A DNA stretch of 64,000 nucleotides from an uncultured Solirubrobacterales bacterium. Its GTDB lineage: Bacteria > Actinomycetota > Thermoleophilia > Solirubrobacterales > Solirubrobacteraceae. The notes beneath the pieces are model-generated. The model was not told where the DNA came from, made no database searches, and was given only the letters and a program-made list of their open reading frames with translations. Shown one piece after another: positions 9,514-18,725 of the stretch. Made by a program: the position numbers and the translations under genes. Each line of letters begins with the position of its first letter. The stretch's first letter is position 1. The DNA lies in the NCBI GenBank assembly GCA_963744135.1, contig CAVUSE010000009.1, positions 37,946-101,945 on the forward strand, read 5' to 3'.

Positions 9514-9537
9514 GTCGCCCAATACCGGTTGTGCGAC
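9514..9537 (+). repeat. dif/Xer-like site B: GTCGCCCAA-TACCGG-TTGTGCGAC
   Basis: Both 9-bp arms identical to site A; different spacer. Confidence 0.75.
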
Positions 9538-9726
9538 GTAAGGCCACCCTCCGTGGCAGATCGGGGCGCCCAGCTAGAGCTCAAGTGACGTGCTCGACGT
9601 TGCAACCGCAGGATGGAGGTCAATCCGTACCGGAGGCATGGCGTTTGATGGCCTGACCCCCTGAGTTCGGTCCGGTGCGTATGAGAGTTCTACCCGTCCG
9701 TGAGAATGGACGAGGAAGGAACTCTG

Positions 9727-10005
9727 ATGAAGCGACGCAGGCATACCCCGGAGCAGGTGATCCGCAAGTTGCGCGAGGCGGAGAGGATGCTCGGAGAGGG
9801 CAAGGCGGTCCCGGAGGTCGCCAAGGCGCTGGAGGTCTCTGAGGCGACCTTCCATCGCTGGCGTAACCAGTACGGAGGGATGAAGGCCGATGACGTCAAG
9901 CGCTTGAAGGAGTTGGAGCGCGAGAACGGCCGGTTGAAGCGGATCGTCGCTGACCAGGCGCTCGAGAACCAGGCGTTGAAGGAGATCGCCAAGGGAAACT
10001 GGTGA
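9727..10005 (+). CDS. IS3 transposase OrfA
   Basis: HTH plus leucine zipper (RLKELERENGRLKRIVAD); GGGAAAC slippery site at 9993-9999 for -1 frameshifting. Confidence 0.92.
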   Translation: MKRRRHTPEQVIRKLREAERMLGEGKAVPEVAKALEVSEATFHRWRNQYGGMKADDVKRLKELERENGRLKRIVADQALENQALKEIAKGNW

Positions 10006-10874
10006 GCCCGGCCCGTCGGCGTCAGGCGGTCGCGATGCTTCGCGGCCGCCTCGGTGTCAGCGAGCGCTGGGCGTGCAAGGTGGTGGGGCAGCATCGCTCT
10101 ACGCAGCGCCACGAGCTCACGCGCGCCGGCGGCGATGCCGTGGTGCGCGGGAGGCTGCGCGAGATCTCCGAGGAGCGCCCGCGCTGGGGTTACCGGCGTG
10201 CGCACCACAGGCTGTGTGAGGAGGGCTGGGAGATCAACCGTAAGCGGGTGCAGCGCCTGTGGCGCGAGGAGGGCCTACGGGTGCCCGTCCGGCGGCGTAA
10301 GCGTCGCCGCCTGGGAGATTCGACGGTCCCGGCCAGGCGGCTGCGCGCTGAACGCGCCAACCAGGTGTGGGCGCTGGACTTCCAGCACGATCAGACGGCC
10401 GACGGCCGGGCGCTGCGGCTGCTGAACATCATCGATGAGTTCACCCGCGAGGCGCTCCAGATGCTGGTCGCGCGCAGCATCGACGCAGACACGACTGTCA
10501 GCGTGCTCGAGAAGCTCGCCGCCGAGCGCGGCGCACCCGAGTACATCCGCTGCGACAATGGCCCGGAGCTGACCGCGCACGCCCTCAAAGACTGGTGCCG
10601 TTTCACCCACACGGCGACGAGCTACATCGACCCAGGGGCGCCTTGGCAGAACGCGTTCGTGGAGTCCTTCCACTCCCGCGTGCGTGACGAGCTGCTCAAC
10701 GTCGAGGAGTTCTCATGCCTCGGCGAGGCCAGGGTCGTGATCGGCGACTGGCATGAGGACTACAACCAGCGCCGCCCACACTCAGCGCTCGGAATGCAGA
10801 CCCCAGCCGCGTTCGCAAAAGCCCACCCGCGAGCTCCTGCCCGTGGACATGACGCGCTGTGGACAGCAAGCTGA
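10002..10874 (+). CDS. IS3 transposase OrfB (DDE/rve)
   Basis: WALDF..D, DNGPE, PWQNAFVESF, YNQRRPHSAL motifs. Confidence 0.95.
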   Translation: MSPARRRQAVAMLRGRLGVSERWACKVVGQHRSTQRHELTRAGGDAVVRGRLREISEERPRWGYRRAHHRLCEEGWEINRKRVQRLWREEGLRVPVRRRKRRRLGDSTVPARRLRAERANQVWALDFQHDQTADGRALRLLNIIDEFTREALQMLVARSIDADTTVSVLEKLAAERGAPEYIRCDNGPELTAHALKDWCRFTHTATSYIDPGAPWQNAFVESFHSRVRDELLNVEEFSCLGEARVVIGDWHEDYNQRRPHSALGMQTPAAFAKAHPRAPARGHDALWTAS

Positions 10875-11047
10875 CCACAGCGCTTGGACAACCCCTGCGG
10901 GGTTGCCCACATGCCCACCGGCACGACCACCACACCCGCCGACCGCCAGGCCCGTTACGCTCCCCGTGTCACCATTCCACCCACTCTCACACGCGGTGGA
11001 CCGACAAACGGGGGCCGGCCATTGATGCTACCGCATCGTATGGGAGC

Positions 11048-11071
11048 AACGCCCAACGCCGATTGTGCGAC
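11048..11071 (+). repeat. dif/Xer-like site C: AACGCCCAA-CGCCGA-TTGTGCGAC
   Basis: Right arm identical to A and B; left arm 7/9 identical. Confidence 0.7.
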
Positions 11072-11246
11072 CTCGTGTGATCGACTACACTCAAACGAAT
11101 GCATTGGGTCTTTGAGGGCATTGGCACGGCACTAGTTATCTTTGTTTTGGGTTTGATCGCGAGTAAGCGCCGCAGCGTCGTTCAGCGACAGCGAGCCCGC
11201 GATCACGCGACCCAGATACAGAGCGGGCGCAACACAAAGCTCAAAG

Positions 11247-12317
11247 ATGACTGATCAGTCGCAAAAATCGGGAGCGGATAGCCTCCAGATCCAAGCGGGC
11301 CGAGACGTCATTGTCGGTGTGACAGCTGAGGAAGTAGTCAGTATTACCCGGGCTGAGATCGCACGAGGTGTCGAGCTGTTGACCGCAACGGCGAAGGAAG
11401 TAGCCGAGGCGCGCGTGCAAGCCCTGGGCGACAAGATCATTGAGGCGTTCTCCGACAGACACGAGTTGGTTGCGGCGTTCGCCGATCCCGACTTTCAGTT
11501 TTCATTGCGCGATGCCGCCCGGACCGCAGCCTCCAGCGACAACGAATACACAGAGCAACTACTAGTAGATCTGCTCGCAAATCGGGCAGAGGAGGGAAAT
11601 ACAGCTCGGGTTCGTTTGGCTACCAGCCACGCGATCCGCGCTGCGGACAAGCTGTCGAAGGAAGCGCTGAATGGCCTTACCGCGATCTGGGCGCTCAGCT
11701 TTCTTTGGTCGCCGGGCGCCACGTTTGACGAGAGCCTCACCGGCGAATCAAGCGATGCTGGCACGTTGGTCGCCTTGGGGCTTCCGTCCGACAATGGTTG
11801 GGTGAGTGATCTCGACGTTCTCAATCTAGCGAGACTACAGACTCTTGGTAGGCGCAATGCGTATGTTGACGTTCTCGCACATCGCTTCCGCGCGTTTCTA
11901 GTTCCAGGGATAGATGGCGAGGCTGACCAAGCCTTGCTCGCCGAAACGCAGCAAGCAGTTCCCGAGCTTCGATCCCTTATCATTGAGCATCCCTTGAAGC
12001 CGGGCTACTTCATGCTGACACCCTCTGACGAGGAGGCGGTCAAGGCGGCACTGCCAGAGGGTGCGACGAGGGATCAGTCTATAAGCGCGATAATCGGCAA
12101 GAATGGGTACGGCATGGAAGACAATACGGCCCGCGCAAGCTTGGCCGCGCTCACCGACGCTGCGCCGCTCGCGACGGTACGGGATTGGTGGAGCACAGTG
12201 CCGACTTTCGACTTCACGGTGGCGGGCGATGTGATTGGCTTCGTAAGCGCCCGGCGGCATTTTGGTATTGCAAACGCTCGATCGATTGCGGACCTTCTCC
12301 GAATGCGTGCAACCTGA
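11247..12317 (+). CDS. LPO_1073/Vpar_1526-like protein
   Basis: N-terminal Q..G..S.QIQAGRD and DPDFQFSL..A...AA....LLVDLL..R motifs recalled for this family; not verified by search. Confidence 0.75.
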   Translation: MTDQSQKSGADSLQIQAGRDVIVGVTAEEVVSITRAEIARGVELLTATAKEVAEARVQALGDKIIEAFSDRHELVAAFADPDFQFSLRDAARTAASSDNEYTEQLLVDLLANRAEEGNTARVRLATSHAIRAADKLSKEALNGLTAIWALSFLWSPGATFDESLTGESSDAGTLVALGLPSDNGWVSDLDVLNLARLQTLGRRNAYVDVLAHRFRAFLVPGIDGEADQALLAETQQAVPELRSLIIEHPLKPGYFMLTPSDEEAVKAALPEGATRDQSISAIIGKNGYGMEDNTARASLAALTDAAPLATVRDWWSTVPTFDFTVAGDVIGFVSARRHFGIANARSIADLLRMRAT

Positions 12318-12339
12318 GGTTGCGGCGCAAGCGGGACGC

Positions 12340-12363
12340 GTCGTGGAATGCCGCTTGTGCGAC
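12340..12363 (+). repeat. dif/Xer-like site D: GTCGTGGAA-TGCCGC-TTGTGCGAC
   Basis: Right arm invariant; left arm 6/9 identical; intergenic, 22 bp after a stop codon. Confidence 0.65.
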
Positions 12364-12370
12364 ACAGCGG

Positions 12371-13483
12371 TTAGGATGTACTGGGTTGAGGAGGGCTGGA
12401 GGGAGTGGTGGATTGAGTCAGTGGGTCCACCCCGGACATGAGACGTGAAGCGAACCGCCCAAGGTCAGCATGTAGCTGGCGGTCGGCTGGAGTCTGCCAA
12501 TTTTCCGTGCGGTTACGTAGTAGTGTGAGAGTTCGCTTCAACTCGAGAAATCGGGGGGCTAGACCTTCGACATACGCCTTGATGAGCGTGTCAAGTTGCG
12601 CTTTGACCGCTTGCGGCATACCGATCGTCATCTGCGGGAGTGGAGTGACGGGATCGGGTTCGATGAGCGAAGCTACTGGGGCAGATTCCCGTCGCGGTTC
12701 AAGGCGACGCAACAGCAAAAGGAGCTGCGGCTCTAATGCCGAGAATAGCTCCATGTACTCATCGGCAGCAGCCTTTTGAGCGGGAACTTGTTCACCTTCA
12801 ACCCTGCGCCCGGTTAATGCGGCCAACCTATCGCGGTTAGCGACGATTTCGCTGTACGTTTGGGTCCAGAAAGTGTTACTTGAGCGGATCGCTCGCAGCA
12901 GTGCCTCTGTTTCGCCGGCTGTCGGCTCAACCTCGGTATCCGTTATTGGTACTGGTTCGGCCTCAGTGAGAGCGTCTACGATTTTGATGGTTGAGGCTTG
13001 GAACTTAGCTCCTGCTGCCTCCAGCTCCTTGAGATCTACATGGCGGTGGCGACTTGCCGGGCGATGTTTTGTGTCGACGGGGTAGCGATAAGCGAAGCTA
13101 CCTGGGTCGCTTCGATGCATCAGTTGCACGAACTCATCGGTTTCTGATGAGAATTGCATCGCCAAGTCGCTACGGCCTACCGCATCGAGGGCGCGTTTGC
13201 ATCTTTCTGTCAACTCGGCGATGTCGTGGCGTGGTGGGATTGTTGCCGAAGTGCGCTCAAGAATCAGCTTAAGGCCGACCTCCACTCGGTGGCGCTGGAG
13301 GAATACGACATCGACTGCGATGTCGTCCACAGCTGCGCTAAATATCAATAGGTACTTTGACAAGAAGGCGGTGTGGCGACCCAAGCCGCGGAATTGCGAC
13401 TCCCAGCTACCGACGTACTCAGTTTGCGCGATCAGTCCATCGCGTGGCGAGCCTTTGGGGAAAATGTCGTCGGAGAGAGCCAT
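12371..13483 (-). CDS. hypothetical protein with HEPN-like N-terminal domain
   Basis: RHRVEVGLK..HDIAEL..DPGSFAYRYP resembles the HEPN E..LK / H.L..L / RY pattern. Confidence 0.6.
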   Translation of the reverse strand: MALSDDIFPKGSPRDGLIAQTEYVGSWESQFRGLGRHTAFLSKYLLIFSAAVDDIAVDVVFLQRHRVEVGLKLILERTSATIPPRHDIAELTERCKRALDAVGRSDLAMQFSSETDEFVQLMHRSDPGSFAYRYPVDTKHRPASRHRHVDLKELEAAGAKFQASTIKIVDALTEAEPVPITDTEVEPTAGETEALLRAIRSSNTFWTQTYSEIVANRDRLAALTGRRVEGEQVPAQKAAADEYMELFSALEPQLLLLLRRLEPRRESAPVASLIEPDPVTPLPQMTIGMPQAVKAQLDTLIKAYVEGLAPRFLELKRTLTLLRNRTENWQTPADRQLHADLGRFASRLMSGVDPLTQSTTPSSPPQPSTS

Positions 13484-13521
13484 CTAGAGCCAAATGGGGA
13501 GTCGACCACGATGGGCTGTAG

Positions 13522-14076
13522 CTAGCCGTGGCTTCTATTTTCTGGTGGCCAGCTACCGGGAACGGGGAATCCCTGTTCAGCAGCATAGTAGTAGTCGGTG
13601 AGGGGCCGGCCTACCTCGGTTGTTCCGCTGCCGTCTAGGGGGATGTAGACGCCGTTGGTTGCTTTCATGATTCGCCCAGCCTTCCAGGCATCATAGAGGC
13701 TCGCGCCGAGCGCGCTGGGATTTGTGGGAGTCTTCATCCCTCGTTCCGTCATGAACTTATAGAGGGAGGTTGGCCCCATTGCGGTACCTCCGAGTTCGTT
13801 ATAGGCTCGTTCGAGCGCGGCTACCGCAAGATCCTGGGCCGGTGCCGCTCGTCTCCTGAGCGGCTGCTCATCCGGTCGGGTGGGAGCCTGCTCCGCTGGT
13901 TGCGCTCGACCCCGCGCAATGGCCGCTGGATGCCCGACCACTCGGCGCAGCAGCTCGACCTGCTGGTTGAGCTTTGTTTGCTCGTGGAGCTTTTCTTCAT
14001 AGAGACGCAGAAGCATGGGCATCTTGGCCGCCACCTCCTCCGGATTGGATAGATCGATGTTGAAGTCCTCAGACAT
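13522..14076 (-). CDS. hypothetical protein, coiled coil plus winged-helix-like domain
   Basis: 184-aa ORF; helical pattern ending in G.I.K..NGVY wing. Confidence 0.65.
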   Translation of the reverse strand: MSEDFNIDLSNPEEVAAKMPMLLRLYEEKLHEQTKLNQQVELLRRVVGHPAAIARGRAQPAEQAPTRPDEQPLRRRAAPAQDLAVAALERAYNELGGTAMGPTSLYKFMTERGMKTPTNPSALGASLYDAWKAGRIMKATNGVYIPLDGSGTTEVGRPLTDYYYAAEQGFPVPGSWPPENRSHG

Positions 14077-14281
14077 CGCTAGCCTAACTCTAGCATGCCC
14101 TAGCGATGGCAGAGTCCACCTAGCTATGGCGCTACGTCGTTCCTGGACCTCGCTGGTGCATGACCGCCTCGACCAGCACGTAGCGCCCCCGAGCTACCCG
14201 GACCAGCCGGCCCGAAGAGCCCGCAACGTCCGAGGCGAGCGCGCCCTTGACCGAGGACCGCGGCACAGGCTCGCCCACTAG

Positions 14282-15272
14282 ATGATTGATTCCACGGCGG
14301 TGGCTGTGGTACGGGCGGGTTTATAGGCAGCAGGGTCGAAGTCGGCGGTGCTCTAAACACACCGTCGACCGAAGGGGGCCTCGATGGACGCCGACCTCGA
14401 CCTGCTGCTGACTGCGGTTTATGTCACGGCTGACGATCTCCTGCCCGAGCGGCCGGGGAACGCCAAGCGGATCGTCACAGACGCGGAGGTCGTCACGCTC
14501 TGCGTTGCCCAGGCGATCATGGGGATCCCGTCTGACCGGCGGTTCCTCGCTGTCGCTTCCAAGCATCTGCGCCACCTGTTCCCGCAGATCCCTGCCCAGC
14601 CCGGGTACTTCAAGCGCCGTCGCCGTCTGTCGGACACGCTGGAGTGGCTGATGGGCGTGTTCGCCAGCCAGAGCCCGGGGTTCTATGACGATCTGCTGCT
14701 GGTTGACAGCACGCCGGTTGAGTGCGCTCGCAGCCGCGAGACGGTCAGGCGCTCAGCGCTCGCTGACGCCGCGGACTATGGGTGGTGCGCCAGCCACAGC
14801 CGGTTCTTCTGGGGCTTCCGGCTGCACGCGCTGTTCTCCCCGGACGGCACCCCGAGAGCACTCGCGCTCACGTCACCTAAGCGTGACGAGCGGGAGGTCG
14901 CGCTGAAGCTCCTCGAGCGCTGCCGGCGCCATGGCGGAGAGACCGTGATCGGCGACAAGGGCTACGCGGGACGCGAGTTCGCCACCCGCGTCAGCGAGCT
15001 GGACGCCACGATCATCAGACCCCGCCGCAAGGACGAGCCCGGCCGCGGACCGCACCTCGCGCCGATCCGCCAAAGGATCGAGAGCATCCTCTGGACCTGC
15101 AAGGACATCCTCACGCTCGAGCGCCACGGCGCACGAACTCTCGCCGGGCTCAGAGAGCGCATCCTGCAACGCCTCCTCACCCTCGCCGCCGCCATAACCC
15201 TCAACCACCAACTCGGCCGACCAAGCCGCGCACTCGTCAACTACTGCGCATGAACCCCGTGGAATCAATCAT
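14282..15272 (+). mobile_element. IS982-family-type insertion sequence
   Basis: Perfect 16-bp terminal IR ATGATTGATTCCACGG / CCGTGGAATCAATCAT flanked by CTAG at 14278-14281 and 15273-15276. The IR/target boundary is ambiguous because CTAG is itself palindromic. Confidence 0.92.
14384..15253 (+). CDS. DDE transposase (actinobacterial IS982-like)
   Basis: VDSTP, GDKGY, RQRIES motifs; DAEVVTL N-terminus. Confidence 0.9.
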   Translation: MDADLDLLLTAVYVTADDLLPERPGNAKRIVTDAEVVTLCVAQAIMGIPSDRRFLAVASKHLRHLFPQIPAQPGYFKRRRRLSDTLEWLMGVFASQSPGFYDDLLLVDSTPVECARSRETVRRSALADAADYGWCASHSRFFWGFRLHALFSPDGTPRALALTSPKRDEREVALKLLERCRRHGGETVIGDKGYAGREFATRVSELDATIIRPRRKDEPGRGPHLAPIRQRIESILWTCKDILTLERHGARTLAGLRERILQRLLTLAAAITLNHQLGRPSRALVNYCA

Positions 15273-15812
15273 CTAGCGCCTCAACGGCTATATGGATGTC
15301 CTTGGCACGCATCGGCTCGCCCCGGTCCGTCAGCACCTGAACGACGGCGTTGAGCACCCAGCCGGGCCGGCGGGCTCGCTGCCGACGGCTCTCAGGCCGC
15401 CGTCGAGGCCCGCCACTGGCCCGCAAGGCCGCCAGCTTCTTGGCCAGACGGACAAGCGACCCCTGTAGATCATGGTTCGAATAGTGTCCAAGGAGGTCCA
15501 TTTTTGGAGACCTAAACCTCGCTAATCGAACCAAGCTGGGCACCCAGTCGATGATCGTGTCGTCCGGCGAGGCTGTGGGCTGTTAGGGCCGGGCACCAGA
15601 GGCACCATGCGAGCCGCCGGAGCCGCCGCACCGCGAACTCATCCCGAGTACGACTGCGCTGTACCGCGGGTGGCGGGCTTGCCAGCACGACGGAGACCGC
15701 ATTTTCCATGCCAGAAAGCGACGCTTGCGCGTGGCCCGTTATCCTACTCTGCGGATACGATCAGAGTCCCGTCACGATTCCTGTCGTCGCAACTCGATCG
15801 CCCCCCTCGGCC

Positions 15813-17594
15813 ATGACCGCAACCACAACATCGGGACCAACGGCGCCGGTTCCCAAGGATCCGCAGCCTAGCGTTGATCGGATCGACGGCCTCGCAAGCC
15901 GGATCCTCACTGGCGACATCCTACTACCGAAGTTCCAGCGCAACTTCGTATGGGATCGTCCACAGATCATCTCTCTGCTCGACTCTGTAGCTCGCGGCTA
16001 TCCTATCGGCAGCGTCCTCCTCTGGCAGAGTAGCCAAGAGCTTCGTAGCGAGAACCGAATCGCAGACTTGGAGATTAAGCCTCCGAAGTCGGGGTATCCG
16101 GTCAATTACCTCCTCGACGGCCAGCAGCGTCTCTCGACGATCTGTGGTGCGCTGCACTGGTACGGCTCGGATCCAAAGAGTCGCTGGAACCTCGCCTACG
16201 ACCTGCGTACCCAACAGTTCATCCATCTCGACACTCTTGACGACCCGCCGCTACACCAGATCAGGCTCAACAAGATGCCCGATCCATCAAAATACTTCGG
16301 CCAGATGGCCGCTCTGGATAGCGCAGATAAGGACGAGCTCCGAATGCGGGCAGATGCGCTTTTTAATCGATTCAAGGACTACAAGGTCGCCACCGTGACG
16401 CTCGGCGATATGTCGATCGAGGACGTTGCCCCGATTTTCGAGCGAATCAATAGCACGGGCACGCCGCTCACGATTGTAGATCTCATGCGCGCGGCTACGT
16501 GGAGTCCCGAGTTCGACCTGATTGACACCATCGACGCTTTGCTCTCGGCTATGGCATCGAAGGGCTTCGGAGCTATCGATAAGAAGGTTGTGCTACGCAA
16601 TTTGTCAGCGGCCGCTGGGGGTGGCTTCTCGACGGACAGTATTGATGAGCTTCGCAAGCTCCAACCCCCAGCACTCAAAGCTGCCGCCGAGGACACCGAG
16701 AAGTCGTACTTCCGGACCGTCGATTTCCTAGCAACTCAGATGAACGTGCCATCCGCACAGATCATCCCGTACTCGAACCAGGTCACCGTACTGGCTGAGA
16801 TCTTTCGGAGGACTACTTCGCCTACATCTGCTCAGTACGCTGCAATCACTCAGTGGCTTTGGCGTACTGCGGTGGCTGGCTACTTCAGCGGCTGGAATAC
16901 TGGTGAGATGGCCTCCGACCTAAAGGCCGTCGCAAACTTTGCTGATGGCAATGGTGCCGACATCGCGGTCGATATCACCCCTCCGCGGCCCGAGATATGG
17001 ACGACGCGGCAGTTCCGGGCCAACAATGCACACGCCAAGCTGCTTGCGATCATTCTCGCTCATCTTCGGCCCGTCGACCTGCTGACCGGCCAGCTAATCG
17101 ATCCCGGCGAGGCACTCGCTTGGACGAATCAAAGAGAGTTCCACCACTTTTTCCCGAGGCATTACCTTGAGAACAAGGGGATCGCTCGTCAGCGTCTTAA
17201 CGCTCTTGCAAATATTATCATGCTTACGTCCGACAGCAACAAGAAGATCTCGAATCGGGCCCCCTCCGACTACCTGCGGGACGTGGAGGACGCTGCGCAA
17301 CAGGCGGGCGCGAGCGTTCAGAGTTGGCTCGATCCCAATCTAATCTCTGCCGAGGCGTTTGAAGCTGCAAAGGACGACGACTTCGAGCGGTTCTTGGCGC
17401 TTCGAGCACAGACAATCCACGCTCACGTTTTCGGGCTTGCCGGCTGGCCTGACGTTGCGATAGGCTCCCCCGTTCTCTCCCTCGGTAAGGATGATTCGGA
17501 GATGCTGGTCGCTGCCGAGGAAGATACGGATTATGTGTTCGAGTCGCCAAAGGCCGACGCGGTCGCTGGCGACATTCACAGCTCGAGCGGATGA
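15813..17594 (+). CDS. GmrSD-like type IV restriction protein (DUF262 plus C-terminal HNH-like DUF1524)
   Basis: PKFQRNFVW, LLDGQQRL, FERINSTG, EFHHFFP..NALAN motifs; start could extend to 15708. Confidence 0.85.
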   Translation: MTATTTSGPTAPVPKDPQPSVDRIDGLASRILTGDILLPKFQRNFVWDRPQIISLLDSVARGYPIGSVLLWQSSQELRSENRIADLEIKPPKSGYPVNYLLDGQQRLSTICGALHWYGSDPKSRWNLAYDLRTQQFIHLDTLDDPPLHQIRLNKMPDPSKYFGQMAALDSADKDELRMRADALFNRFKDYKVATVTLGDMSIEDVAPIFERINSTGTPLTIVDLMRAATWSPEFDLIDTIDALLSAMASKGFGAIDKKVVLRNLSAAAGGGFSTDSIDELRKLQPPALKAAAEDTEKSYFRTVDFLATQMNVPSAQIIPYSNQVTVLAEIFRRTTSPTSAQYAAITQWLWRTAVAGYFSGWNTGEMASDLKAVANFADGNGADIAVDITPPRPEIWTTRQFRANNAHAKLLAIILAHLRPVDLLTGQLIDPGEALAWTNQREFHHFFPRHYLENKGIARQRLNALANIIMLTSDSNKKISNRAPSDYLRDVEDAAQQAGASVQSWLDPNLISAEAFEAAKDDDFERFLALRAQTIHAHVFGLAGWPDVAIGSPVLSLGKDDSEMLVAAEEDTDYVFESPKADAVAGDIHSSSG

Positions 17595-17694
17595 GCGTCA
17601 ATGTGTCGGCAGATGTTGTAGCGGATTGCGTGGTAGATGATCTCGAAGCTCGGCCTTTGAAGGACAAACCTGCTCCTTGCGACGGGGCAGTAAG

Positions 17695-18135
17695 TTAAGC
17701 GCCCGGCAGTTGGACGCGCTGAAAGACGAGCACCTCGGCGAGCTTGTCGAAGTGCGCGTCGCGGTGGAGTACAGCGAGGCCACCGTGCTCCGCGGCTGCC
17801 GCGGCGATCAGCGCGTCGGTGACGGGCACGCGGTGGTAGCCGTCGCTACGCTCGGCCAGCTCGCCGAAGGCGCTCATCGCGGCGTCGGCGACGGCGCGAT
17901 CGTTGCGCAGGATTCGCAGCGCGTCGAGCTCGGCCTCCAATGCGAGGTACTCGGAGGTGCTTCGCGCCGAATATAGGATCTCCATGCGCACGATTGGCGT
18001 GATCCACATGCGATCGTCGAGGATCGCCTCGTGAACGAGGGCGCCGAGGTCCTCCGGGAGCGCCGCGATGCGCCACCAAGCGGAGGTGTCGGCGATGAAC
18101 GGCTGGTCGCTGCGCAGCAGTTCGGCGGCGTCCAC
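17695..18135 (-). CDS. vapC: VapC PIN-domain toxin
   Basis: IADTSAW, MEILYSARS, DALIAAAA, VLHRDAHFD. Confidence 0.9.
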   Translation of the reverse strand: MDAAELLRSDQPFIADTSAWWRIAALPEDLGALVHEAILDDRMWITPIVRMEILYSARSTSEYLALEAELDALRILRNDRAVADAAMSAFGELAERSDGYHRVPVTDALIAAAAAEHGGLAVLHRDAHFDKLAEVLVFQRVQLPGA

Positions 18136-18140
18136 CGCGG

Positions 18141-18308
18141 CTATTGCTCAGTATCGGTCAGCTGCTCGATGCGCGCGAGCGTGTCGCGATCCAGACCATC
18201 CGGGCTGCGCAGGCGCTCGGCGAGGGAGCGTAGGCGCTCGGCGCGCTCCTGCTGGCTCAGCGTCGGCTGCTCCGCGGTGGGCGTCGTGCTCAGGACCGAA
18301 TGCTTCAC
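18141..18308 (-). CDS. small putative antitoxin
   Basis: 55-aa ORF immediately upstream of vapC; GTG start just after a TACCCT -10-like element. Confidence 0.55.
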   Translation of the reverse strand: MKHSVLSTTPTAEQPTLSQQERAERLRSLAERLRSPDGLDRDTLARIEQLTDTEQ

Positions 18309-18312
18309 GCCG

Positions 18313-18684
18313 TCAGGGTAGCGCGCGAGACCCCGGGCGCTGCACCTCGACCAGCACGTAGCGCCCCCGCGCCACCCGGACCAGTCGTCCCGACGAGCCC
18401 GCAACGTCCGAGGCCAGCGCACCCTTGACCGAGGATCGCGGCACCGGCTCGCCCACCAGCGCCTCAACGGCCGCGTGGATGTTCTTGGCCCGCATCGGTT
18501 CGCCCCGGTCGGTCAGCACTTGGACGATGGCCTTGAGCACCCAGCCAGGCCTGCGGGCTCGCTGCCGGCAGACCACGGGCCGCCGCTGAGGCCCGCCACT
18601 GGCCCGCAAGGCCGCCAGCTTTTCGGCCAGACGGCCAAGCGACCCCTGTAGGTCGTGGTTCGAATAGTGTCCAAGCAGGTCCAT
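18313..18684 (-). CDS. winged-helix (HARE-HTH-like) protein whose 5' end overlaps a tRNA-end-like motif
   Basis: VLKAIVQVL..GEPMRAKNIHAAVE..SSVKGAL..RVARGRY; conserved with synonymous changes in the second copy. Confidence 0.7.
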   Translation of the reverse strand: MDLLGHYSNHDLQGSLGRLAEKLAALRASGGPQRRPVVCRQRARRPGWVLKAIVQVLTDRGEPMRAKNIHAAVEALVGEPVPRSSVKGALASDVAGSSGRLVRVARGRYVLVEVQRPGSRALP

Positions 18685-18725
18685 TTCTCCGGAGATGCTG
18701 GTTCCCGGGCCATAGAGTCCTCCTC

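Larger units (their letters stand above)
9649..11021 (+). mobile_element. IS3-family (IS407-group-like) insertion sequence
   Basis: TG...CA ends; imperfect terminal IRs TGGCCTGACCCCCTGAGTTCGGTCC and (reverse complement of right end) TGGCCGGCCCCCGTTTGTCGGTCC; 4-bp target duplication TTGA at 9645-9648 and 11022-11025. Confidence 0.95.
14132..15501 (-). pseudogene. wHTH-like gene (paralogue of 18313..18684) interrupted by an IS982-type element
   Basis: Removing the IS and one CTAG restores ...AVEAL-VGEPVPRSSVKGALASDVAGSSGRLVRVARGRYVLVE, matching the intact copy. Confidence 0.85.

Noticed and set aside
12321..12363. Hairpin GCGCAAGCGG..CCGCTTGTGC as the sole explanation of site D
   Set aside because: It may act as a terminator between convergent genes, but sites A-C lack this hairpin and still share the motif.
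15474..15500. GGTTCGAAT...TCCA as a tRNA gene (also 18657-18683)
   Set aside because: No D arm, anticodon arm or cloverleaf upstream; kept only as an att-like remnant.
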